The notes beneath the pieces are model-generated. The model did not search any database, was not told the DNA's origin, and saw nothing but the letters and a program-made list of their open reading frames with translations. Below, in pieces: positions 38,542 through 46,554 of a stretch of 64,000 nucleotides of DNA (the first letter of the stretch is position 1; every line of letters starts with the position of its first letter). The stretch lies in contig CAZEQZ010000001.1 in the NCBI GenBank assembly GCA_964514595.1, forward strand, positions 331,847 to 395,846. The letters are read 5' to 3'. Source of the DNA: an uncultured Candidatus Saccharibacteria bacterium (GTDB lineage: Bacteria; Patescibacteriota; Dojkabacteria; SC72). The position numbers and the translations under genes were made by a program.

Positions 38542-38570
38542 AATATACTATATGAAATTTTTTGTGTCAA
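38542..38570 (-). promoter_or_regulatory. Sigma-70-type promoter TTGACA-17-TATATT for the ABC-upp-DUF523 operon
   Basis: Minus-strand -35 TTGACA (38565-38570) and -10 TATATT (38542-38547), spacing 17. Confidence 0.35.
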
Positions 38571-38599
38571 ATATGTTTCGAAAATATTTGAAAAAGATC

Positions 38600-39022
38600 C
38601 TATTTTAGGACCTTATACCCACTCATCTTCCCACTTAAGTATCCATGCAGGGTGCTTCCTGTTAAGAGGACAGTTGGTAGTTGTACAAATAAAAGATTGA
38701 ATAGTAATAAGTCGAAGGGAAAGAGTATCCATATAACTATTGTAGAAAAACTTAAAGTGTAAAGAGACGTATATATTAATTGGTTCCTAACAGGATATTT
38801 CTTCTTCCAATATATACCTAACAGTATCATGCCTAGGGATCTATTTTCCGTTAGAAATATGAAAGAAAGATTGTATAGAAAAAATATTAATACAAGAACT
38901 ACTTTGTATGTAGTTGTAAATCCATAGGACAGATAAAAGGGTATTGATAAAGATACAACAAATATACTGTTTATTATTGATACAGAGAGTTTTTGTAATG
39001 CATTGGTATTTCTTATCTGCAA
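38600..39022 (-). CDS. RDD-family-like membrane protein
   Basis: 140 aa with 3-4 TM segments. RSLGMILLGIYWKKK resembles the RDD domain. A weak terminator follows. Confidence 0.35.
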   Translation of the reverse strand: MQIRNTNALQKLSVSIINSIFVVSLSIPFYLSYGFTTTYKVVLVLIFFLYNLSFIFLTENRSLGMILLGIYWKKKYPVRNQLIYTSLYTLSFSTIVIWILFPFDLLLFNLLFVQLPTVLLTGSTLHGYLSGKMSGYKVLK

Positions 39023-39039
39023 TTAAGTTCTAATAAAAT

Positions 39040-40131
39040 TTATCTGTTATTAAATTGAATACTCTCGATTATGGCATTGTTACTATTGTAGGCAGTGATA
39101 GATGCGTAGGTTGAATATATCCTAGCTACAATATATCCAATTGATGGTTGTCCACTTAATGTAAAGTAGTTAATTCCATTACTTGTAGAATGACTGTATG
39201 AATGTACATGTCCTGCTACAACGAAATCAACACCATAGTTGATTAAATGTGAAGATATTGTACTTGCAAATGTAGGATGATGATACATAACTCCTGTTAT
39301 TCTACTTTGTGAATTACTGCTCTGTAGATCACTAATTAACCAGTTTAGTTGCGCAGAACTTCCTCTTGCAAATGCACTATCTAGTACAATTAAATGAAGA
39401 TTCCCATAATTGACGGAGTACCATCTCTCATTGTTAGGAAATACAAAATTATCTAAGAATAGTTGAGATGGAGTACTTGAATCACCCACTTGCCTATCAT
39501 TATTTCCCAAAGCTGCATAGAAGATTCTTGTAGATCTCAACGTAGCTGTTACTGAATTGAACCTATCTAAACTTGCTTGAGTACCATCTTCCATTACATC
39601 TCCTGCATGAAATACAGGATTAGCACCAGAAGATAATATGTAGTTCACTACTTTCTGATGATTTAAATCTTCTTGATCAGTATCTGATTGTGTATCCGCA
39701 TAGAATGCAACAACTGCACTAGGAGATTCTGGAGGTGATGGTATAGGCTCTGGGTCTGGTATAGGTTCATCTGGAGGAATTTGTTCCTCCTGTTGTATGT
39801 TAGAAGTATCAACATCCTTCGATTCTTCAATGCTTGATGGAGTATTAGCTCTTTTAGAGGAGTTGTTAGGAGTGTTAATTGTATCTTCTTCTTCGTTCTC
39901 CTTAATTTCTGCATCAGGAGCTGGTTTAGTTTCTTTCCCATTATCATCCTTATTTATTTCTACAAGGGTTTCGTTTGAACTATTCTCTGTTGTTTTGATG
40001 TAATTTGAGAATACAAAAGTTCCCAATATACTTAATGAGAGAATAAGGGCGAGAAAAAGTTTAAAGAGATATTTGTTGTTTATAAGGTTCTTTAGATTGT
40101 TTTTTAATCTTTCCGAATATTTGAGCTCCAT
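39040..40131 (-). CDS. Secreted calcineurin-like metallophosphoesterase with Pro/Glu-rich linker
   Basis: Start at MELKYSERLK. TM anchor. Motifs VVAFYADTQSD, GDVME(D), YAALGNNDRQ and GHVHSYSHS correspond to metallophosphatase signatures. Confidence 0.6.
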   Translation of the reverse strand: MELKYSERLKNNLKNLINNKYLFKLFLALILSLSILGTFVFSNYIKTTENSSNETLVEINKDDNGKETKPAPDAEIKENEEEDTINTPNNSSKRANTPSSIEESKDVDTSNIQQEEQIPPDEPIPDPEPIPSPPESPSAVVAFYADTQSDTDQEDLNHQKVVNYILSSGANPVFHAGDVMEDGTQASLDRFNSVTATLRSTRIFYAALGNNDRQVGDSSTPSQLFLDNFVFPNNERWYSVNYGNLHLIVLDSAFARGSSAQLNWLISDLQSSNSQSRITGVMYHHPTFASTISSHLINYGVDFVVAGHVHSYSHSTSNGINYFTLSGQPSIGYIVARIYSTYASITAYNSNNAIIESIQFNNR

Positions 40132-40292
40132 TTCTAGATTCAGTATATATATGAATATGTATAGGGTCAATTATGGGGGTATTGTTAGAATATATTGAAA
40201 GTGTTTTATCCTGAAAAAAGCACCCAGAGGATACAAATAAACACTATGGGGTGCAAGTGGGTGTTGGGGGAAATTTAGTAAAAATAGATTCT

Positions 40293-40706
40293 TTATTTAG
40301 TTAATTCTGTACATTTGAATGTATTAACTTTTCTGCCATTTGAAATACCTTGATCAGAGAATGAACAACCTGTACCACAGGAATAGTCCCAGTTTCCTTC
40401 CTTTAAATCTTTCTTGTCTGCTTCCTTTTTTGCCCATTCACGACATTCTTCTAGTGTTTTAAACTGTCCATCATCAATAATAGAATGAGAACCAGAATAC
40501 CACATAGAGCCGTACCAAGGATATTTTAAATCATGTTCCTCATCTTTCTCCATAGCAAGGTTAATCAAAAATCCTACGAAAATAATACCTACGACATATT
40601 TTAATAGGGTTAAACAACCTGTAGCAACCTTCTTTTTAGTGGAGATTTCTTCTTTAGGTTCATCTACAAAGTATGTATGATTATTCATACTTATTAATAA
40701 TAACAC
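40293..40706 (-). CDS. Hypothetical membrane-anchored Cys-containing protein
   Basis: 137 aa. TM helix GCLTLLKYVVGIIFVGFLINLAM. C-terminal domain with 6 Cys. Confidence 0.35.
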   Translation of the reverse strand: MLLLISMNNHTYFVDEPKEEISTKKKVATGCLTLLKYVVGIIFVGFLINLAMEKDEEHDLKYPWYGSMWYSGSHSIIDDGQFKTLEECREWAKKEADKKDLKEGNWDYSCGTGCSFSDQGISNGRKVNTFKCTELTK

Positions 40707-40840
40707 AGAAGAATATATACTTTAATAGTAGTGTAAAATCTAGGGGTTAATGGTAGATAAAGTTTAGAAACTTAATACAAAATACTAATCTTATATTACA
40801 CTAGGTAAATAACTTTTTATCAATTTGTTATAATCACCAT

Positions 40841-41611
40841 ATGGAACAACAAGAAATACCATTTTCATCAGGAGAATCTAATAGAAATGTTGTAAAAGTA
40901 GGAGATACTGTAAGAAAAGAACCAGCTGAAAATTGTGAATTTGTTAGAAAGGTAATGACTGAATTAACAAATAACAATTTTAATTATTCTCCTAAGTACT
41001 TAGGTGTAGATGACAAAGGTAGGGAGATAATGACATATGTAGAAGGAGAACAAATGAATCACACTGAAATATCATTAGATTTAATGAAACAAACATTTGG
41101 TGCCTTAAGACAGTTTCATGATATTTTCTCAAAGTCTGAACTGAAAGGAGCTGAAGAGACTTTAATACATACGGATTTTGCACCGTGGAATTTAATTGTA
41201 AAAGATAATAAGTTAGTTGGGGTACTTGATTTTGATGATGTTAAACCTGGAAGAAGAATCTCTGATGTAGCATATGTATGTTGGACCTTTTTAGATATTG
41301 GTTCTACTGATTCAAATTTCACAGAGGAAGAGGTATATAGATATCTTCAAGATCTTATAAAGGCATATGGGTATATAGATACTTCTGATTTTGTAGATGT
41401 ATTACTTTTGGAACAAAATAGAATTTTAAAATATCGAGAAGGAAGAGTTGAGGAAGTTGAAGAAGGGGATGAGAAGGAATATAGAAAAGTATTATGTGAA
41501 GAGATTAGAAAGGAGATAGAATGGGTTAAAAGAAATAGAGAGAACATAGATAGAGCTTTGGGAGGTAATAATGGGGTGGATGATACAAGATCTCTGGAAA
41601 TTTCTTCTTAA
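40841..41611 (+). CDS. Aminoglycoside/choline-kinase-like phosphotransferase (APH family)
   Basis: Catalytic loop IHTDFAPWNLIV and DFDDVKPGRRISDVAY match the APH/CHK Brenner and DFG-like motifs. An extended -10 TGTTATAAT lies 6 nt before the ATG, suggesting a leaderless transcript. Confidence 0.6.
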   Translation: MEQQEIPFSSGESNRNVVKVGDTVRKEPAENCEFVRKVMTELTNNNFNYSPKYLGVDDKGREIMTYVEGEQMNHTEISLDLMKQTFGALRQFHDIFSKSELKGAEETLIHTDFAPWNLIVKDNKLVGVLDFDDVKPGRRISDVAYVCWTFLDIGSTDSNFTEEEVYRYLQDLIKAYGYIDTSDFVDVLLLEQNRILKYREGRVEEVEEGDEKEYRKVLCEEIRKEIEWVKRNRENIDRALGGNNGVDDTRSLEISS

Positions 41612-41762
41612 AAATTGATTAAAAGGAACAAGAATTGCCGATAGGGGTTATATATAAAAATGCAGAAAGTTCTGCTTATAACCCCTATCTGCCAAATATT
41701 AAATTTGGACTTTTCCTATTTCAGAGATTCATTTTTAATTGAAATACCAGGAAGGAAGTCAC

Positions 41763-42857
41763 CTAGGGAACAGAAATTAGGAAATTTCCTAAATCACTTG
41801 TATACAAGGGTAATTTCCCGTCCCAGTTACTCCATTTTATGTAATCAATGAGACTTCCACTTATGGAGTTAGCAAGTATTTTATTTGCTTCGGCTTGAGC
41901 TTCTGCTTCAACTAAAATTGAAGCTGCCTTGGCTTCTGCTTGCTTAATAGCAACTTGCTTTTGACCTTCGGCAGTAGCAACTGATTGTTTTGCTTCTGCT
42001 TCTTTGACTGCAATTTCCTGTTCTGCCACTTTTGCGTTTTCCTGGGCTACAAGAGCATTGTTAAGACTTATTTCGAGGTCACCATTTATTCCAAGCTGAG
42101 GTTTTCTGAATCCGAACATAATTAACTCAAGCCCGCCCTGTCGCATGATTATTTCTAGTTCCTCTGTTACAGAACTGTCAACATTGTCTACTTCCAAATA
42201 GAGCTTCTTTGCATCAAATTCTTGAGCTTTTTGGCGTGTTATAACCCTAGCTGGGAATTTAACAGATTGGGATATTGCATTTGCAAGTGTTCCATATCTT
42301 TCATAAACAGTTAAAGCTTGTTCAGGAACAAGTCTTCCTTGAATTGTATATGTTAAACTCGCTTGTGCACCATTCTGTGTAATCAGTGTCGTTGGGAAAT
42401 CGCGATAATCTTCGTTTCCGCTTGATGGATTGAGCATTGTCGCGTAAGTCCAGTCCCGAGTGCTAAAAAGTACTATTCTGTCAACATACGGAATTACGGT
42501 ATTTAGTCCTGGATTCCTTACTTCGATTGCTTTACCCATGCGAACCAAGACACCAACTTCTCCCTGATCAATAGATATAAAGCTTCCAATCATAAGTGAC
42601 ATTACGCTACAAACAATGATTGTCAAATATATGAGCAATTTTTTGTTTTTAATTTCTAATCCACTTATTGCCCATATTGCGATACCAATAACTACTAAAA
42701 ACCCTAGCGCAACAAATGGGCTAGATCCAGCAGTTTTGGTATTAAGTGTGGATTCAATATAATCTTGTTGAGCTGCTTGAGATACAATTTCTGCAGCAGG
42801 AGCACAACTAACAAGTAGTGCAAGTAAAACAATAATCCAAAATCTTTTTGTTTTCAT
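41763..42857 (-). CDS. SPFH/band-7 (HflK/C-prohibitin-like) membrane protein
   Basis: N-terminal signal or lipobox-like LLVSC. TM helix. Band-7 core (QGEVGVLVRMGKAIEVRNPGLN). C-terminal Ala/Glu/Gln-rich coiled coil. GAGGAG Shine-Dalgarno. Confidence 0.65.
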   Translation of the reverse strand: MKTKRFWIIVLLALLVSCAPAAEIVSQAAQQDYIESTLNTKTAGSSPFVALGFLVVIGIAIWAISGLEIKNKKLLIYLTIIVCSVMSLMIGSFISIDQGEVGVLVRMGKAIEVRNPGLNTVIPYVDRIVLFSTRDWTYATMLNPSSGNEDYRDFPTTLITQNGAQASLTYTIQGRLVPEQALTVYERYGTLANAISQSVKFPARVITRQKAQEFDAKKLYLEVDNVDSSVTEELEIIMRQGGLELIMFGFRKPQLGINGDLEISLNNALVAQENAKVAEQEIAVKEAEAKQSVATAEGQKQVAIKQAEAKAASILVEAEAQAEANKILANSISGSLIDYIKWSNWDGKLPLYTSDLGNFLISVP

Positions 42858-42965
42858 TTTTTCTCCTCATTTATTATTTTGAAGTCCGAAATAGGATTTT
42901 TAAAGATCATCAGAGAAATAATATATATTTCATTGATGTGCTAATTATACAAAAAAACAAGCGAG

Positions 42966-42995
42966 ATTACTATGGGATGTGGGGTCGATGGTGGG
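42966..42995 (+). repeat. Imperfect direct-repeat copy (25/30 identical) of the tRNA-His 3' end plus 12 nt downstream: candidate att-site scar
   Basis: Minus-strand CCCACCATCGACCCCACATCCCATAGTAAT here versus CCCATCATCCACCCCATACCCCATAGTATT at 43543-43572 (tRNA 3' end). Confidence 0.5.
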
Positions 42996-43151
42996 TAGAG
43001 TTTAGGAACAGTTTTTATGGAATAAATGGTGTTAATAATACTATGAAATTAATCATATAAAAAAGAAAATAACTAGGATAATGATTTTTGATGGTTCACC
43101 ATCCTAGTTATAATGTAAAAGAGCCTTAATTCATTGAATTCGAATAACTAT

Positions 43152-43457
43152 TTAATCACTAAATACGTCTTCGAGTTCCTCGAATAATTGATGTAAGCCT
43201 GGTCCAGGACATTCGTCCTTAAGTGAACAGTTCTCACAATCTGGCTCTTCTTCGGGTTGCAGCATATCCCAAAGTTGGTTGAGGGCCAATGGGAGTTCTT
43301 CTGCATCTACAGCGGCGCGAAAGGTATTTTCGCCCTGGTCATTCTCACCAATTATTGCAAAAGTTTTTGGTCTTTTGGGAATTCTGTGAGTAACAACCTT
43401 TCGAGCTAGTTCCACGCCTTCACCTTGAAAAACTTGATTTCCAATCTTGATTTTCAT
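43152..43457 (-). CDS. Hypothetical acidic protein (higher GC), lying between the tRNA-His repeat copies
   Basis: 101 aa. Own extended -10 promoter (TGATATAAT) and AAAGGAG Shine-Dalgarno. GC about 45% versus about 33% for the window. No family recognised. Confidence 0.4.
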   Translation of the reverse strand: MKIKIGNQVFQGEGVELARKVVTHRIPKRPKTFAIIGENDQGENTFRAAVDAEELPLALNQLWDMLQPEEEPDCENCSLKDECPGPGLHQLFEELEDVFSD

Positions 43458-43554
43458 CTTTTCTCCTTTAAAGAACGATTTGGATTATGGACAGAAGTCC
43501 ACTGTATAAAGCAATTATATCAAATATAATAAAGAGGGACAATACTATGGGGTA

Positions 43555-43632
43555 TGGGGTGGATGATGGGCTTTGAACCCACAACCCTCGGTTCCACAAA
43601 CCGATGCTCTAACCAATTGAGCTACATCCACC
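43555..43632 (-). tRNA. tRNA-His (anticodon GUG) with genome-encoded G(-1) and encoded 3' CCA
   Basis: Manual fold: acceptor stem GUGGAUG/CAUCCAC, D-stem GCUC/GAGC, anticodon stem UCGGU/ACCGA, anticodon loop UUGUGGA (anticodon GUG), T-stem GUGGG/CCCAU. An extra 5' G pairs with the discriminator C. Confidence 0.85.
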
Positions 43633-43661
43633 ATAAATAACAAGGTAATTATACTACATAA

Positions 43662-43946
43662 CTACTCTACTTTAGTAGGAAAGAACTCTCCTTCTTTCTT
43701 CTCAGCCCTATCTCCCTCATTCCATTGATCGTAATATTTGCTATCTGCTGTAGTAAATCTCTTCTTCTTTCCCTCTTCTGTCTTAAATACTATTGTATAA
43801 CTAGGAGAATTCTCATAATCCCCTGGAGAATACCTCTTCTTTATGACTTCTCCCTTCCATACTTCCTTCCTCTTTTTAGCTACCCACCATACCATTATTC
43901 CAACTATTACAACAACAAGAATAATACTATATACATACTCTGGCAT
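43662..43946 (-). CDS. Small membrane-anchored protein
   Basis: Start at MPEYVYSIIL. One TM helix then a Lys/Glu-rich domain. 94 aa. Confidence 0.4.
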   Translation of the reverse strand: MPEYVYSIILVVVIVGIMVWWVAKKRKEVWKGEVIKKRYSPGDYENSPSYTIVFKTEEGKKKRFTTADSKYYDQWNEGDRAEKKEGEFFPTKVE

Positions 43947-43957
43947 ATATTTATATA

Positions 43958-44536
43958 TTAATAATTTAATATTGCACACTCACATCCTTTATTATTATAT
44001 TCCATAATCTCTAGTATCTCCTCTACCATACTCTTCCCAAAGGCATTTAAAAAGTTATATGGACACTCATACAGCTTACTTCTACTATTATTAATTCTTA
44101 AATTAAAATACATACCGCTTACTCTTCCTAGCGCATCTCCTTTTGTGACATATTCTCCTAAAAATACCGAATAGTTGGAAATAGGATAATGTTCTATATA
44201 TACATTAGGCTCTATCTCTATTGATATCACATTATCATCCACACTATTAACTATACCCGTAGCAGAAGAATAGACTGTTGTGTCTTCCCCTACCTCAAAT
44301 GTTAATGCCGTATTATCGTCTTTACAGAAAGGTATTATACCTTCCCCTGTGTATCTAAGGTTTCTTTTTTGTAGGGGAAATTCAAGAAATACATCACTTT
44401 TACCCAACGTACTCTTATTGTTATTAGGTGCTATTACAAATGCATATATTATGGTGGCAAAAAATCCAACACCCATGAGAAGGAAGAGTACTATAGATCT
44501 ACCTCTGTTTTCATCCATAGGTATATTGTAGAACAA
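43958..44536 (-). CDS. Membrane-anchored protein with degenerate M23/LytM-like beta-barrel region
   Basis: TM helix. The SSATGIVNSV...VYIEHYPISNYSVFLGEYVTKGDALGRVSG pattern resembles M23 peptidase and lipoyl-like barrels, but the HxxxD/HxH zinc ligands are not evident. Confidence 0.3.
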   Translation of the reverse strand: MFYNIPMDENRGRSIVLFLLMGVGFFATIIYAFVIAPNNNKSTLGKSDVFLEFPLQKRNLRYTGEGIIPFCKDDNTALTFEVGEDTTVYSSATGIVNSVDDNVISIEIEPNVYIEHYPISNYSVFLGEYVTKGDALGRVSGMYFNLRINNSRSKLYECPYNFLNAFGKSMVEEILEIMEYNNKGCECAILNY

Positions 44537-44543
44537 ATTTCAA

Positions 44544-46331
44544 CTATTTTACAGTAACAGATTTTGCTAGATTCCTAGGTTTATCTATACTATTACCTAA
44601 TTCTAAAGAAAGAAAATATGATATTAATTGAAAAGGTATTACGTTAGATATACTACTCAATGTATTTATTTGAGGTGTAGGTATGAAATCATCAAATATG
44701 TCTAATTTAGAGTATTCAGAGCTCCCTATGCCGATTGTATGAGCTCCCCTGGCCTTTACCTGCTCCATAGCACTAATTATATCCTTATTATCATCTGTAT
44801 GTTCATTAGAAGGTACTATACCTATTACAGGAGTACCCTTCTCTATCAATGCTATAACTCCATGCTTAAGTTCCCCTGCAGAAAAGCCCTCTACATGCTT
44901 ATACGATATTTCCTTAATCTTAAGTGCACCCTCAAGCGCTATAAAGGAGTTTTCTCCTTTTCCTAGAATAAAGAAGTGTTCATATTTTTTAATGTTCTTG
45001 CATATCTGTTGTATATATTTAAATGTAGAGGGCTTAAATATATCTTTAAGAGAGTTAGAAAGCTCCTTTAATTTTCTCTGTGCAGTTCTGTGCTTTCCTA
45101 TGAGTGACATAGCTACTAAATATCCCCATGCAGTTTGAGATGTGAAGACTTTGGTGGAAGCTACACATATTTCAGGTCCTGCGTTGGTGTAGTATTCATA
45201 ATCTGACATTCTAGATATTGTAGTACCGTACATATTAACAATACTCGCTATCTTGCACCCTCTTTTCTTAAATACTTCCAAAGGCTCAATAGTATCTGCT
45301 GTCTCTCCACTTTGTGAAATTGCTAATATTAGATCTTTAGTAGAGAGAATTGGTAGGTAGCTTCTAAATTCGTAACTTTTTATCTCCTGTGCATCTATTC
45401 CTGCAATTGTTCTTAAAAAGTATGCTATCTGTCCTGCAGCATACCCAGCTGTACCTGCACCTAATATATATACCTTCCTAGATTTTTTAATAGCATCTAA
45501 TATTGGTTGGAGCTCCTTAAGAGTATACTGTGTAGCAAATAGAATTGTTTTCTGTTGCTCTACAATCTCTTTTAACATATAGTGGGCATATTTACCCTTA
45601 GATATATCCTCATACTGATACTTTAGTTCCTTTATTTGAGGTGATACTTTCTTGCCTGTTTTAATATTCGTGATATTAAATTTCTTCCCCTCAATCTCCA
45701 CCATTTCATAATCATCAAGTACGACGATCTTTTTAGTATACGGGGAGAAGGAAAGTGAATCAGATGCCAGATATGTTCCATCTTTTCCTATTCCCACAAC
45801 CAAGGGAGAGCCATTTTTAATTGCATATATTTTCCCTGATTGAGAATCTATTAATGCAACTGTATTTCTTCCTTCTAAGGTTTTGAATACATTTATAAAT
45901 GATTGTTTAAGGGTATTTCCTTTCTTAATCTCTCTTTCTATTAATTTAACAATAACTTCAGTATCTGTTTGAGATTTAAATACATATTTCTCCCTCTTTA
46001 ATTCTTTTTTAAGTTGATCAAAATTCTCCACGATACCATTCTGTACCAAAGTGAAGTCCTTGGATGTGGAGATATGGGGATGGGCGTTTGTTTTTGTAAC
46101 GCCACCGTGTGTAGCCCATCTGGTATGTCCTATTCCAATATTACTCTTAGGAAGCTTTGTTAAATTGGTATCCTTTTTAACAAGCCCTATGTTTTTGTAT
46201 TGATATATCTTCTTTCCATTCAATACTGCAACTCCCCAAGAATCATATCCTCTGTATTCCAATCTCTTGAGTCCTTCAAATACTAAATTGTTTGCAACAT
46301 TAGATCCAGTGTAGCCAAAAATACCGCACAT
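44544..46331 (-). CDS. glmS: Glutamine--fructose-6-phosphate aminotransferase (GlcN6P synthase)
   Basis: N-terminal MCGIFGY (Ntn Cys). Glutaminase domain. Two SIS domains. 595 aa. Confidence 0.9.
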   Translation of the reverse strand: MCGIFGYTGSNVANNLVFEGLKRLEYRGYDSWGVAVLNGKKIYQYKNIGLVKKDTNLTKLPKSNIGIGHTRWATHGGVTKTNAHPHISTSKDFTLVQNGIVENFDQLKKELKREKYVFKSQTDTEVIVKLIEREIKKGNTLKQSFINVFKTLEGRNTVALIDSQSGKIYAIKNGSPLVVGIGKDGTYLASDSLSFSPYTKKIVVLDDYEMVEIEGKKFNITNIKTGKKVSPQIKELKYQYEDISKGKYAHYMLKEIVEQQKTILFATQYTLKELQPILDAIKKSRKVYILGAGTAGYAAGQIAYFLRTIAGIDAQEIKSYEFRSYLPILSTKDLILAISQSGETADTIEPLEVFKKRGCKIASIVNMYGTTISRMSDYEYYTNAGPEICVASTKVFTSQTAWGYLVAMSLIGKHRTAQRKLKELSNSLKDIFKPSTFKYIQQICKNIKKYEHFFILGKGENSFIALEGALKIKEISYKHVEGFSAGELKHGVIALIEKGTPVIGIVPSNEHTDDNKDIISAMEQVKARGAHTIGIGSSEYSKLDIFDDFIPTPQINTLSSISNVIPFQLISYFLSLELGNSIDKPRNLAKSVTVK

Positions 46332-46349
46332 AGTAGTAGTTGTTAATTT

Positions 46350-46490
46350 TATATTCTTAGGGATTGGTGGTTAGAGTTTGTTTATTTGTAACTAACCTTT
46401 AGGCTAACAATATAGCCTAGGAGTGCCCGCTGATGGCTCGATAGCTCCTGCCTCGTAACAATATCCTTGGTATTGCCCAGCCGCTTCTAT
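46350..46490 (-). ncRNA. Candidate glmS ribozyme in the glmS 5' leader
   Basis: Minus-strand leader GUUACGAGGCAGGAGCUAUCGAGCCAUCAGCGGGCACUCCU matches the conserved glmS ribozyme core (GUUGACGAGGAUGGAGGUUAUCGA...CGGCGG...CCUCC in Bacillus). A P1-like hairpin CAAUA/UAUUG lies upstream, the P3-like hairpin UAGGCUA/UAGCCUA and then UAAAGG follow, and there is a terminal hairpin GGUUAG/CUAACC. The region is locally GC-rich in an AT-rich genome. Confidence 0.5.
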
Positions 46491-46554
46491 GTTAAATAAC
46501 CCTTCGTATATATTACAGGATAGATTTTTGAGGTCAAGTGATATATATTAGAAT

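Noticed and set aside
41763-42857. Higher GC (about 40-42%) of the SPFH gene as evidence for horizontal transfer
   Set aside because: Other conserved, highly expressed genes here (OFOR, glmS regions) show similar local GC. The gene lies outside the direct repeats, so composition alone is insufficient.
42848-43060. 70-aa ORF between the SPFH gene and the 101-aa gene
   Set aside because: It spans the att-like repeat and intergenic promoter DNA and has a Trp/Arg-rich nonsense composition. It is probably non-coding.
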